This document shows, piece after piece, positions 19,627 to 29,319 of a stretch of 64,000 nucleotides of DNA; position 1 is the stretch's first letter, and the number at the start of each line of letters is the position of its first letter. The position numbers and the translations under genes were made by a program. Source of the stretch: an uncultured Gammaproteobacteria bacterium (GTDB lineage: Bacteria; Pseudomonadota; Gammaproteobacteria; Arenicellales; Arenicellaceae); NCBI GenBank assembly GCA_964578035.1, contig CAZOBR010000002.1:34-64033 (forward strand), written 5' to 3'. The notes under the pieces are model-generated. The model worked only from the letters and a program-made list of their open reading frames with translations. It made no database searches and had not been told where the DNA came from.

Positions 19627-19704
19627 TATTAATGCATTCAGTGGGTAAATCCCGCTCAAACAGCGAATTAGCGTTGTTTAATTTAGAAAATCAGGAGAAC
19701 GACT

Positions 19705-20547
19705 ATGACATCAACAGCCATCTCTCTACCTCAAGATAGTAATTTAGCTGGGTTCTTAAAGGTTGCGAATAATGCGCCTGTACTCAGTGCTGAGCAAGAA
19801 GCTCGCCTAGCGCGACGTTTCCGCGATGAAGAAGACGTGGATGCAGCTCGTGAACTTGTTGTGTCTCAGTTACGTAACGTTATTCACGTAGCGAAAGGTT
19901 TTACGGGTTATGGTTTGCCTGTTGCCGACCTTATTCAAGAAGGCAATATTGGCCTGATGAAAGCGGTTAAAAACTATGACCCAGATCGCGGTATCCGCTT
20001 GGTATCATACGCGGTACATTGGATCAAAGCTGAGATTTATGAGTATGTTCTAAAGAACTGGAAAATCGTTAAGGTTGCAACAACTAAGGCGCAGCGCAAA
20101 CTATTTTTTAATCTACGTAAATCGCGCAAAACGTTGAGCGCAATGAATGAACAAGAAACGCATGACTTGGCCGATCAACTTGATGTGCCAGTGAAAACGG
20201 TTCGCGAAATGGAACAACGCATGACCAGCACTGACGTAGCCTTTGATGGCGCAGACAGTGACGACGATGACTTTGTCACAAGTCCATCAGGTTATTTGCC
20301 AGATATGCGTTACAACCCAGAGCAATTAGTAATGCGCGAGGAGAACAGCGATAATAATCGTGATTCTTTATACGCCGCAATTGAGCAATTGGATGAGCGC
20401 AGTAAAGACATTTTACAACGCCGTTGGTTAAGCGATGATAAAGCCACATTACATGAGCTTGCTGCGGAGTATAATATTTCTGCAGAGCGTATTCGCCAGA
20501 TTGAAAAACGGGCGATGGAAAAGATGAAAGGCCAATTAGCCGCGTAG
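19705..20547 (+). CDS. rpoH: RNA polymerase sigma-32 factor RpoH
   Basis: DLIQEGNIGLMKAV, RpoH box KVATTKAQRKLFFNLRK, ISAERIRQIE; downstream of ftsX. Confidence 0.97.
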   Translation: MTSTAISLPQDSNLAGFLKVANNAPVLSAEQEARLARRFRDEEDVDAARELVVSQLRNVIHVAKGFTGYGLPVADLIQEGNIGLMKAVKNYDPDRGIRLVSYAVHWIKAEIYEYVLKNWKIVKVATTKAQRKLFFNLRKSRKTLSAMNEQETHDLADQLDVPVKTVREMEQRMTSTDVAFDGADSDDDDFVTSPSGYLPDMRYNPEQLVMREENSDNNRDSLYAAIEQLDERSKDILQRRWLSDDKATLHELAAEYNISAERIRQIEKRAMEKMKGQLAA

Positions 20548-20567
20548 TAATACAAACATTTAAACCC

Positions 20568-20598
20568 AAAGGCTCTCTAATTTAGAGGGCCTTTTTTT
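20568..20598 (+). terminator. Intrinsic terminator after rpoH
   Basis: AAAGGCTCTCTAA-T-TTAGAGGGCC-TTTTTTT. Confidence 0.85.
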
Positions 20599-20631
20599 CG
20601 AAATGAGTTCTTAAAGCGAGAAAATTAAGAC

Positions 20632-21978
20632 ATGAGCAAATATGATTTAGTTGTTATTGGTGGCGGTTCTGGTGGTGTGCGCGCTGCGCGGATTGCCGCT
20701 GGACATGGCGCGAAGGTAGCCATCTGTGAAGAGTATCGTTATGGCGGCACCTGCGTTATTCGTGGTTGTGTGCCTAAAAAAATGATGGTTTATGCATCAG
20801 GCTTTCATGAAGAATTTGCTGATAGCGCCAGCTATGGCTGGAGCACTCAAGTTAATGGTTTTGATTGGGCTACATTGATTCGTAATAAAGATACCGAAAT
20901 TGATCGCCTGAATAAAATTTACGAAAACTTATTAGCTAATGCGGGCGTTGAAATTCACCACGGAACAGGCTCACTGATTGATGCCAATACCGTTAAAGTA
21001 GGCGATACCATTCTCGAGACCGACAAAATATTAATTGCGTCTGGCGGCACACCGTTTCTACCAAAGATTGATGGTATTGAACATGCAATTAGCTCAAACG
21101 AGGTATTTCACTTAGAGCAACAACCAAAGTCGGCAGTTGTTGTGGGCGGTGGTTATATTGCAGTTGAATTTGCGGGTATTTTTAATGGCTTAGGCACCGA
21201 CACCACTTTGGTATATCGCGGCCCACAAATTTTGCGCGGTTTTGATAACCAAGTTCGTGATCACCTAGCAAGCGAGATTGTAAAAAAAGGCATAGACCTG
21301 CAAGTTAACAATAATGTTGAGTCTATTGCGTTGGACAGTGATGGCCGCAAACTGGTTACCTTTACCGATGGCTCTGAAAAAACAGTGGACTGTGTTTTAT
21401 TTGCAACAGGTCGTTCGCCGAACACAGAGCCACTTAATTTAAGTGCTGCGGGTGTTGAACTTGGTAAAAAAGGCGAGATACCGGTTAACCAAGAGTCGCG
21501 CACGAATGTTGATAATATATTCGCCGTGGGCGATGTCACAGACCGCATTGCACTAACGCCTGTTGCAACTATGGAAGGCCACGCATTTGCTGATACGGAA
21601 TTTGGCAACAAACCGCGCACCGCTGATCACAGCAATGTGCCATCGGCTGTATTCTCGCAACCCCCCGTTGCATCGGTCGGCTTAGGTGAAGAAGACGCTC
21701 GTGAGCAGTTTAGCAATATTGACACCTACTCTTCTGAATTCAAAATTCTCAAACACACCTTAACTGAGAACACTGAGCGCACATTTATGAAGTTAGTAGT
21801 GGATGCTGACACAGATAAAGTAATAGGCGCACACATGGTTGGCCATGATGCAGCTGAAATTATGCAAGGCATTGCGATTGCAATTAAAGCCGGCGCTACC
21901 AAAGCTGATTTTGACGCAACGGTAGGCATACACCCAAGTTCAGCCGAAGAGTTCTGCACCATGAGAACCAAAGACTAG
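20632..21978 (+). CDS. gor: Glutathione-disulfide reductase
   Basis: GGGSGG, GGTCVIRGCVPKK, GGGYIAVEFAG, IHPSSAEE. Confidence 0.95.
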   Translation: MSKYDLVVIGGGSGGVRAARIAAGHGAKVAICEEYRYGGTCVIRGCVPKKMMVYASGFHEEFADSASYGWSTQVNGFDWATLIRNKDTEIDRLNKIYENLLANAGVEIHHGTGSLIDANTVKVGDTILETDKILIASGGTPFLPKIDGIEHAISSNEVFHLEQQPKSAVVVGGGYIAVEFAGIFNGLGTDTTLVYRGPQILRGFDNQVRDHLASEIVKKGIDLQVNNNVESIALDSDGRKLVTFTDGSEKTVDCVLFATGRSPNTEPLNLSAAGVELGKKGEIPVNQESRTNVDNIFAVGDVTDRIALTPVATMEGHAFADTEFGNKPRTADHSNVPSAVFSQPPVASVGLGEEDAREQFSNIDTYSSEFKILKHTLTENTERTFMKLVVDADTDKVIGAHMVGHDAAEIMQGIAIAIKAGATKADFDATVGIHPSSAEEFCTMRTKD

Positions 21979-22001
21979 CCTAAAAAAACGACTGAAAACT
22001 A

Positions 22002-22238
22002 ATGCGCTATAAAGACGGCGAGGTTGTTCTGCCGAAAGAACAAATGGCAGCGCACGCCAGCGACGATATGTTGTTGGTAACCGCAGCGTTGGGTGTTCTA
22101 ATTGGTATTGCGCTGACCATACTTGGCCGTTTCGGCAAGCAAATGTGGATGTGGGTTTGGGGAATCGGCCTAATTATTTGCAGCGCCTATTTAGGCGCTG
22201 CAATGATGTTTGATATAAAGCTGTTTGGGTATTTTTAG
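22002..22238 (+). CDS. Hypothetical small membrane protein
   Basis: 78 aa, two hydrophobic helices, fills the gap between gor and convergent mutM. Confidence 0.65.
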   Translation: MRYKDGEVVLPKEQMAAHASDDMLLVTAALGVLIGIALTILGRFGKQMWMWVWGIGLIICSAYLGAAMMFDIKLFGYF

Positions 22239-22256
22239 CTATAAAATTACTGTTGC

Positions 22257-23042
22257 TTAAAAACTCTGACAGCTCGGGCAATAAAACGTGTTTCTTTGAC
22301 CGATAGTTTGAGATTTGATTACATCACCACACCGATTACAAGGCTCGCCAGCACGCGCGTAAACTTGTAGCTCGTGCCTAAAGTAGCCTGGCTTGCCGCC
22401 GGCTTTGATTGCTTTCGCGAGCACTGTCTTAATCTCTTCAGCTAAACGATGATACCGAGCGCGACTAACACGCTTGGCAGCCATGCTTGGTCGAATACCT
22501 GATTCATACAGTGATTCGCTGGCGTAGATATTGCCAACACCCACCACCGTTTTGCCATCCATAATAAAGTTCTTTAGCGCAACGTGTCGGTTTCTTGAGA
22601 GTGTAAACAAGCGCTCGCCATCAAAATCATCGCTGAGTGGTTCTGGGCCTAATGATGCCAGCAGCTTATGGCCTGCGATTGGTTGTTGCAGTAATAAGCA
22701 GCAACCAAATCGGCGCGGGTCGTTTAGCCGAACGACGTTTGATTTATCAAACTCTAAATCAATGTGATCGTGCTTTTCAGGTGGGTGATCGGCCTGTAAT
22801 ACTCGCAAACTACCCGACATACCTAAATGCAATAAAATGGTGCCAGCTTGTGTATGCAAAAGCAGATACTTGGCACGACGCTCAATTAAATCAACTTTGT
22901 GGCCAACTAAGGCTTGCATCTCTTTGCTTGGTACTGGCCAACGCAACGACGCATTGCGCACAACTATCTTGGTGATCTGTTTGCCATCCACATGCGGTTT
23001 TATACCACGCAGCGTGGTTTCTACCTCGGGCAACTCAGGCAT
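22257..23042 (-). CDS. mutM: Formamidopyrimidine-DNA glycosylase MutM/Fpg (apparent internal deletion of ~11 aa)
   Basis: MPELPEVET, HLGMSG, DPRRFG, GVGNIYASE, C4 zinc finger CNRC...CPSCQ. Confidence 0.96.
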   Translation of the reverse strand: MPELPEVETTLRGIKPHVDGKQITKIVVRNASLRWPVPSKEMQALVGHKVDLIERRAKYLLLHTQAGTILLHLGMSGSLRVLQADHPPEKHDHIDLEFDKSNVVRLNDPRRFGCCLLLQQPIAGHKLLASLGPEPLSDDFDGERLFTLSRNRHVALKNFIMDGKTVVGVGNIYASESLYESGIRPSMAAKRVSRARYHRLAEEIKTVLAKAIKAGGKPGYFRHELQVYARAGEPCNRCGDVIKSQTIGQRNTFYCPSCQSF

Positions 23043-23048
23043 TATGCG

Positions 23049-24353
23049 TTAGCTAGTTGCCTTATTAAGGTTGACGAGTTCGCCTTCTTTGGCAGTTTCT
23101 TGAGTGGTGTCTATTGATGCAGCTGGTGCTGGTGAATTCAACTCTTCAACAGGCACTGCCGGCACATTTATTCGTCGAGCTTCCGTTTTATTAGCCACTG
23201 CCAACATGCCCGTGCGATACAGCTGTAGGGCTTTGCTGCTTTCATTAGCCGCTTCATAGACTTCGCCTAACAAAGAATAGGCTTTGGGTAATTGACCACT
23301 ATTGATCGAAGCTTGCAAATAAGTTTTGGCAATATCAAACTTTTTCTCGTCGAACGCTAAACGACCTGCCGCTAAATTGAGCTCTGCATTTTCTGGCCTT
23401 GCCAGCAACCAACCTTCAGCATGACGCCTTTGCTTAGCCGGCGAACCCGTTTGTAATTGGCCATAAAGGCGCACTAGGTCGTCGCTCCATTCAGACTTTA
23501 GAGTCGTGCGAATCAGTTTTTCTGCAGCAGTACTTTCGCCGTTATCGGATAAGAAACGAGCATAAACAAACACGTTATCGACTTTCTTCTTTTGATCTCG
23601 CGGCAGGCTATTCCACGCTGCCTGCTTGTCTTTTGCCGTGCTCAATGCGCCACTGTAAAACTGATCGCTTAAGGCATCTAAAGATTCATCAGGCAGTGCT
23701 TTTTGCTTGCGTGCTTTGGGCAATAAATGTTGCGCTGCTTGCCAATCGCCCATCTGTTGATGCGTTTGTAATAGCATTGCCGTGTACTGCGCGTTTTTAT
23801 TTCCTTCTTTGGCAATATCTTCTAAGGTTGCTAAGGAATTTTCCAGCTGCCCAGCTTGTTGATGCAAGCGCGCTTTGGTTAAACCAATTGCTAAACGCTC
23901 TTTAGGGGCAGATTGATAGGCCAAGTTTAGGTACTCATCTCGCTTGGTCAACTTGCCCTGCTCTTGCGCGGCTTGCGCGGCAGCCAAGTAATTTAGGTAC
24001 GGCACACTGCCATCCTGTGGATGTTGGGTTAAACGCTTTTCTGCGCGCTTCCAATCGCCCTTAATTAATGACAAATACCCTGAGCCTAAATCTGCATCTG
24101 CGGTTTGCGTTTGGTGGCGTTGCATCCAAGTGGAGTAGCTTTTAGGTGCTTTCCAAATCATGCGAATCAGTCTTAGAAGCGCATACAGCACGATAACGAA
24201 GGCCAATACAAACAACAAAAAACCGAGCAGGTTTATTTCGACCACATAATTACCAACGTACATTTTTACGTAATTGTCAGGGTCTAGCTTACCTATTTGC
24301 AGGGCACCGTAGCCACAAATTGTGGCGAACAATAATAGAAGAAAACCACGCAT
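23049..24353 (-). CDS. hemY: HemY-family TPR membrane protein
   Basis: N-terminal TMs, GDWKRAEK, YLAAAQAAQEQG...RDEYL, AEGWL; downstream of hemX. Confidence 0.88.
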   Translation of the reverse strand: MRGFLLLLFATICGYGALQIGKLDPDNYVKMYVGNYVVEINLLGFLLFVLAFVIVLYALLRLIRMIWKAPKSYSTWMQRHQTQTADADLGSGYLSLIKGDWKRAEKRLTQHPQDGSVPYLNYLAAAQAAQEQGKLTKRDEYLNLAYQSAPKERLAIGLTKARLHQQAGQLENSLATLEDIAKEGNKNAQYTAMLLQTHQQMGDWQAAQHLLPKARKQKALPDESLDALSDQFYSGALSTAKDKQAAWNSLPRDQKKKVDNVFVYARFLSDNGESTAAEKLIRTTLKSEWSDDLVRLYGQLQTGSPAKQRRHAEGWLLARPENAELNLAAGRLAFDEKKFDIAKTYLQASINSGQLPKAYSLLGEVYEAANESSKALQLYRTGMLAVANKTEARRINVPAVPVEELNSPAPAASIDTTQETAKEGELVNLNKATS

Positions 24354-24355
24354 AA

Positions 24356-25549
24356 TTATTGACCGCCTTTAATTGATTGCAGGGTATCGTATGAATCGGC
24401 AATCGCAGGCAGCTCAACGCCAACGGGTTCAGCCTTTAAAGCGCTGAGTTGCTGCAATACTGACTGTACATCTTGATTCTTTAAATCAAAATAGTCGTTC
24501 AGCCACTGTTCTGCTGTGGTAAGACTTTGCGAGTACACTGCTGATTTATTTTGCAGCAGAGCTAATTCAGCTTTGCTCAAACTAAGCTGTATGTTTTGGT
24601 CAAGAAAGTATCGCTGGGTTGGTGCTAATAACGGTTTTGGCGGTTGATCAACACGCTGAATCTGCACTGAATTGATAATGTCTTTCCAGATTTTATTAAG
24701 CTCAGTACGCCAAGTGATTTTTTCTTCAGCGGCCGATTCCGCAACGAGCTTTATGTTTTCTTTTGCTGGCGGTTCGTTTTCTAATTTTAATGATGGAATA
24801 GTATTCGCTATGCTACTTAGTTGCGCCGTGGCTTTTTCGGTATCAACTTGCTTTACACTTTTAAGCAGCTCAATTTCAGTATTAATTTTGCGCCGTACCA
24901 CTGCGTAACGCGGATCAGCCAATTCTTTTAATTGAATGTCCGCCAGCGTTAAGGCGTTAATTGCCGAAGACGAATCATTGGAAAAAATCGCGCTATTGTT
25001 TGCAAGCTTTAGTAACTGTGAGACCTCATCAATCACAAATTCGTCAACGCCTTTCTCAAGATCCGTATTGAGTTTTTCGAGCGACTCATTAATATCACTT
25101 TGCGCAGCGCTTAAATCTCTAAACTTAGACTCTACTGCGACATTGCTTTCGAGTATGCGAGTGGTTAACTCTTCTTGTGTGACTAAGCCGGTCTGCTCTT
25201 TTTGTAGTTGTCTTACTGAATCGCCGATACGTGATATTTGGCCACCAATTTCGGTAACGCCAACGGCCAAACTGGTATTAGACGCTACTTTAGAAAGCTG
25301 TGTTTGGTACCAAGTAAAACCCGTTCCACCAAGTGCTAATAAGGACAGCAATATTGCAAAAATATTCAGGCCTTTGCCAGAGCCTTTTGTAGGTGTAGGC
25401 ATAGGTGAGGGAGCCGGTGCGGGACTTGGTGTTGCAGCAGGAGCTGGCGCGGGTGTTGTATCAACCACTTTTTTACTGGCCGCTTTTGTCGTGCGTTTGC
25501 TTGCTTTTTTCTTCGATCCGTTTTGAGTGCCGGTTGATGTATCTGCCAT
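24356..25549 (-). CDS. hemX: HemX-family membrane-anchored protein
   Basis: Single TM then coiled coil; AL.LAD..L, PLLAP.Q.YFL.QN..L.L..A.LALL; hemCD-hemX-hemY order. Confidence 0.85.
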   Translation of the reverse strand: MADTSTGTQNGSKKKASKRTTKAASKKVVDTTPAPAPAATPSPAPAPSPMPTPTKGSGKGLNIFAILLSLLALGGTGFTWYQTQLSKVASNTSLAVGVTEIGGQISRIGDSVRQLQKEQTGLVTQEELTTRILESNVAVESKFRDLSAAQSDINESLEKLNTDLEKGVDEFVIDEVSQLLKLANNSAIFSNDSSSAINALTLADIQLKELADPRYAVVRRKINTEIELLKSVKQVDTEKATAQLSSIANTIPSLKLENEPPAKENIKLVAESAAEEKITWRTELNKIWKDIINSVQIQRVDQPPKPLLAPTQRYFLDQNIQLSLSKAELALLQNKSAVYSQSLTTAEQWLNDYFDLKNQDVQSVLQQLSALKAEPVGVELPAIADSYDTLQSIKGGQ

Positions 25550-25710
25550 CAGAGTTACCCTACATAAAAATATAATTAACTATGTCTGTCTGTCCTGCGG
25601 ACATAAGATTCCAACGAACAAACACACCTCTAAGTACGAGTTTATCACAGCCTCGCGATATCGCAGAGTCACTCAGCCAGCACCGAGCCACAATTCATCA
25701 AATTTAACGC

Positions 25711-27402
25711 TTATTCGGAAAACGCAATCATCATATGCTTATTAGATGGCGATTGAGCAATTTTCACCTTGCCTGACCAACCATGATCGATTGCGGCATC
25801 GGCGATGCGCTGACTACCTGCCACCAAGGTCGCTTTTCTCAATATATCGGCTTGGTCGCCAGCGGCCTCAATCAAATTGATAATACTTTGCTCGCTGTGC
25901 GCAAACACGCCGCTCAAAACACCTGCCGCTTGAAATACCTCTCGTAAACGCATTCCCACGTCGGATGGCGGAGATTGCACATAACACATGGCCTGTTCTA
26001 CCACGGCACCACGCCGAGTCATTTCTTCTGCTGGCCAATCCAAGCCAATTTCGCCACGCACAATTAAGATATTGCGGCCACTCAGATTAGCGAGGGGCTT
26101 CACTTTTAACAATTCGGTCATGCCATTTCCATTTTGCGGAAATAGCGCATCAACACCACGCCGATACAGCTGCTTAGCCGTTTCAGCACCAATTGCCATT
26201 GTGCGGACACCGTCGGGCAAACCGCCACGTTCGTCAATAATTGCCATGCCAATTTCAGCGGCATTTCGCGACACAAAAACAATGTCGGTAAGACGGTCAA
26301 GTTGATCAAATTGCGCTAGCATGCTGGCATTATAACTTGGCTCAATTCTGATACTTTGCACGTGCATAGGCTGGTAATCCAACGTTTCTAATATGCTCAT
26401 GCTATTGCCTAGATATACTTTTTGACGTGTTAATAAAATTTTCGGCTTGGTTTTTTCAACACTCGGCGGCGCTACTGCATAGGCTTGTTCGAGTAGCGCT
26501 GCAGCTCCTTGATCGAGTAATTTTTGGCCAACCATTTGACCTAATTCAACGGCGCTTGATCTCGACAGTTGCAACGATACTTCTTCGCTGCTGAGTAGCT
26601 GACTGCCGTCAATTGCACCCACAAAACCGCGCATGCGAATTCGGCCTTTTTCAATTTGCGCGAAACCGGCAACAGGTACGTGGCAGCCGCCATTTAATTT
26701 TGCATTCATCGCGCGCTCAGCAGCTAAGAGCAAATCACTTTCTGGCGAATGCAGGGGTTTTAATAATGCTCTGGTTTGTTCATCATCATCTCGACATTCA
26801 ATGCCAACCACGCCTTGGCCAACCGCGGGCAAACATAGGTCTGGTGTAATATATTGTTTAATACGGTTTTCTAGGTCTAAGCGGATCAGCCCAGCGGCAG
26901 CTAAAATAATAGCATCGTAATCGCCATTATCGAGCTTGGCTAAACGTGTATTGACATTGCCACGCAGCTCAACAAACTCCAGCGCAGGAAACACATTCTT
27001 AAGCTGTACTACTCTGCGCAAACTTGATGTGCCGACGCGTGCACCTTTTGGCAATGCGTATAAATTTTGATAATTATTAGAGACAAATGCATCGCGCGGA
27101 TCTTCGCGGTCGCAAAAGGTGGTTATTTCCAGACCTTTAGGAAGCGCGACAGGCACATCTTTCATAGAATGTACCGCGATATCGGTTTCGCCATTTAATA
27201 ACGAAACTTGAAGCTCTTTTAAAAATAAACCTTTGCCGCCAACCTTAGACAAAGTGCGATCGAGCATTTGGTCGCCTTTGGTAGTCATTCCAACGATTTC
27301 TACCTGCAAATCTTTATGCTCTTTTATTAACCGATCCTTTACATAGTTGGCTTGCCATAGTGCCAACGGACTATTACGAGTGGCGATTCTAAGAACGCTC
27401 AT
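25711..27402 (-). CDS. hemC: Fused porphobilinogen deaminase / uroporphyrinogen-III synthase (HemC-HemD)
   Basis: [46 protein letters not shown]; C-terminal [26 protein letters not shown] HemD motifs in the same frame; ATG 27402. Confidence 0.9.
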   Translation of the reverse strand: MSVLRIATRNSPLALWQANYVKDRLIKEHKDLQVEIVGMTTKGDQMLDRTLSKVGGKGLFLKELQVSLLNGETDIAVHSMKDVPVALPKGLEITTFCDREDPRDAFVSNNYQNLYALPKGARVGTSSLRRVVQLKNVFPALEFVELRGNVNTRLAKLDNGDYDAIILAAAGLIRLDLENRIKQYITPDLCLPAVGQGVVGIECRDDDEQTRALLKPLHSPESDLLLAAERAMNAKLNGGCHVPVAGFAQIEKGRIRMRGFVGAIDGSQLLSSEEVSLQLSRSSAVELGQMVGQKLLDQGAAALLEQAYAVAPPSVEKTKPKILLTRQKVYLGNSMSILETLDYQPMHVQSIRIEPSYNASMLAQFDQLDRLTDIVFVSRNAAEIGMAIIDERGGLPDGVRTMAIGAETAKQLYRRGVDALFPQNGNGMTELLKVKPLANLSGRNILIVRGEIGLDWPAEEMTRRGAVVEQAMCYVQSPPSDVGMRLREVFQAAGVLSGVFAHSEQSIINLIEAAGDQADILRKATLVAGSQRIADAAIDHGWSGKVKIAQSPSNKHMMIAFSE

Positions 27403-27647
27403 ATTATTATAAGTTAGGGTGTTAAAGTTTTGGTGGATAACTGTATCATAAGAGTTTGAATTTGCGTTAAAAAACTTACGAATGATCGATATATTAACGC
27501 CCATACTTGACTTAAAATGACACATCAACTCGCTATCCGAGATCGGCTCAAGGTATAATTAGTTTAGTCGGCCTAAAATATGTCAACAAATTGAGCCATA
27601 CCAACTATTCCCCTGTCGGAATTTAGTAATAAGTAATCTGCATCACA

Positions 27648-29072
27648 ATGACCAAACAACATTCTTCAAATCAGCCTTTACCAAATAGTAATGTCGGCAA
27701 AAAACCGTGGGGTGGGCGTTTTACCGAACCGACCAATGAGTTAGTGGAAGCCTTTACTGAATCCATTAGCTTTGATGCACGGTTGTATAAGTACGACATT
27801 CAAGGGTCAATCGCACATAGCAAAATGCTAGCCAAAATTGGTGTTATTAGCGACCAAGAAGCACTCGACATAGAAGCTGGCTTAAACGATATTCAAGCGC
27901 AAATTGAAGCAGGCACATTTGCATGGTCAACTCAGCTTGAAGATGTGCACATGAATATTGAAGCACGCTTAACGGATGCAATTGGCGAGGCGGGTAAAAA
28001 ATTACATACGGGTCGTTCACGCAATGACCAAATCGCGACGGATATTCGTTTGTATATGCGCCGAGGCTGCGACGATGTGGTGACACTGCTCACCACTCTA
28101 CAAGCTAATTTGTTGGCTTCTGCCGAAAACGAAATAGACACCATCTTACCTGGCTTCACACATTTACAGGTAGCTCAGCCAATTAGTTTGGCGCACCATT
28201 TATTAGCCTGGAATGAAATGTTAGAGCGCGATGTTGAACGCATACAAGACTGTCGCAAACGGATTAATGTGATGCCGCTGGGTTCAGCCGCGCTAGCAGG
28301 CACCAGCTTTCCACTGGATAGAGACATGACTTGCGAGCTGCTCGATTTTAATAGGCCAACTCGAAACTCACTTGATGCCGTCTCAGATCGTGATTTCTTG
28401 ATCGAATTTGCCTCGAATGCGAGCTTAATAATGATGCACTTATCTCGCATGTGTGAGGAAATAATTTTATGGGCATCAGAAAGCTATAAATTTATCGATA
28501 TAGGTGATGCCTTTTGTACCGGCTCAAGCATTATGCCGCAAAAGAAAAATCCAGATATTGCTGAAATTGTACGCGGCAAAAGTGGCCGTGTGATTGGTAA
28601 TTTACAAGCACTGTTGGTGCTAATGAAATCTCAACCATTGGCGTACAATCGTGATAATCAAGAGGACAAAGAACCTATCTTTGACACAGTCGACACCGTA
28701 ACTGCGTCACTGCAAGTGTTTGCGGCAATGATTCCGAGCATTAGCTTCAACCGTGAAAACATGAAACAAGCGGCGCTTAAAGGTTATGCGACAGCAACGG
28801 ATTTAGCTGAATATTTAGTACGCTTGAACGTGCCGTTTCGTGATGCACACGAGATTGTCGGTAATACAGTGCATTATGCGATTGAAAACGATAAGCCGCT
28901 ATCAGATTTAAGCTTAGACGAGCTGCAAAATTTTGGCGCAATGATCACTGAGGATGTTTATCAAGTCTTAAGTTTAGAAGGCTCAGTAAACGCACGTGAC
29001 CATTTCGGCGGCACTGCACCCATTCGTGTAAAAGAGGCGGTTGCACAAGCGCTCGACCGCTTACAAAACTAA
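27648..29072 (+). CDS. argH: Argininosuccinate lyase
   Basis: [36 protein letters not shown]. Confidence 0.97.
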   Translation: MTKQHSSNQPLPNSNVGKKPWGGRFTEPTNELVEAFTESISFDARLYKYDIQGSIAHSKMLAKIGVISDQEALDIEAGLNDIQAQIEAGTFAWSTQLEDVHMNIEARLTDAIGEAGKKLHTGRSRNDQIATDIRLYMRRGCDDVVTLLTTLQANLLASAENEIDTILPGFTHLQVAQPISLAHHLLAWNEMLERDVERIQDCRKRINVMPLGSAALAGTSFPLDRDMTCELLDFNRPTRNSLDAVSDRDFLIEFASNASLIMMHLSRMCEEIILWASESYKFIDIGDAFCTGSSIMPQKKNPDIAEIVRGKSGRVIGNLQALLVLMKSQPLAYNRDNQEDKEPIFDTVDTVTASLQVFAAMIPSISFNRENMKQAALKGYATATDLAEYLVRLNVPFRDAHEIVGNTVHYAIENDKPLSDLSLDELQNFGAMITEDVYQVLSLEGSVNARDHFGGTAPIRVKEAVAQALDRLQN

Positions 29073-29131
29073 ACCGAATAATCACGACTTTAAAAATAAT
29101 TCTAAAAATCACTACAACATTGAGAATAGCC

Positions 29132-29278
29132 ATGACCAATTTAAAAATGATTGCTGTACGTACAAGCCTTGTTTTATTAATCATTAGCGCATTTAGTGCG
29201 TGCGGCCAGAAAGGTCCATTAACGGTTGAGCGCCCACCTCAACAAGTTAACCAAGACGATGATTCTGAAACTCGTTAA
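29132..29278 (+). CDS. lptM: Small outer-membrane lipoprotein LptM (YifL/LppL)
   Basis: Manual translation MTNLKMIAVRTSLVLLIISAFSACGQKGPLTVERPPQQVNQDDDSETR; lipobox FSAC + CGQKGPL signature; directly upstream of lysA; below ORF-track length cutoff. Confidence 0.88.
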   Translation: MTNLKMIAVRTSLVLLIISAFSACGQKGPLTVERPPQQVNQDDDSETR

Positions 29279-29319
29279 ACGCACTCACTGAGTGAAGACA
29301 TAACTCAAATTTAAGCTGC

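Noticed and set aside
24936-25526. 196-aa plus-strand ORF (likewise 39601-40140, 36649-37086 and other short antisense ORFs)
   Set aside because: Entirely antisense to well-supported genes; typical shadow ORFs
27403-27528. N-terminal extensions in the ORF track for hemC (also hisE, the DUF4124 protein and the aminotransferase)
   Set aside because: Family homology begins at downstream ATGs; the extensions run through promoter DNA or overlap neighbouring genes
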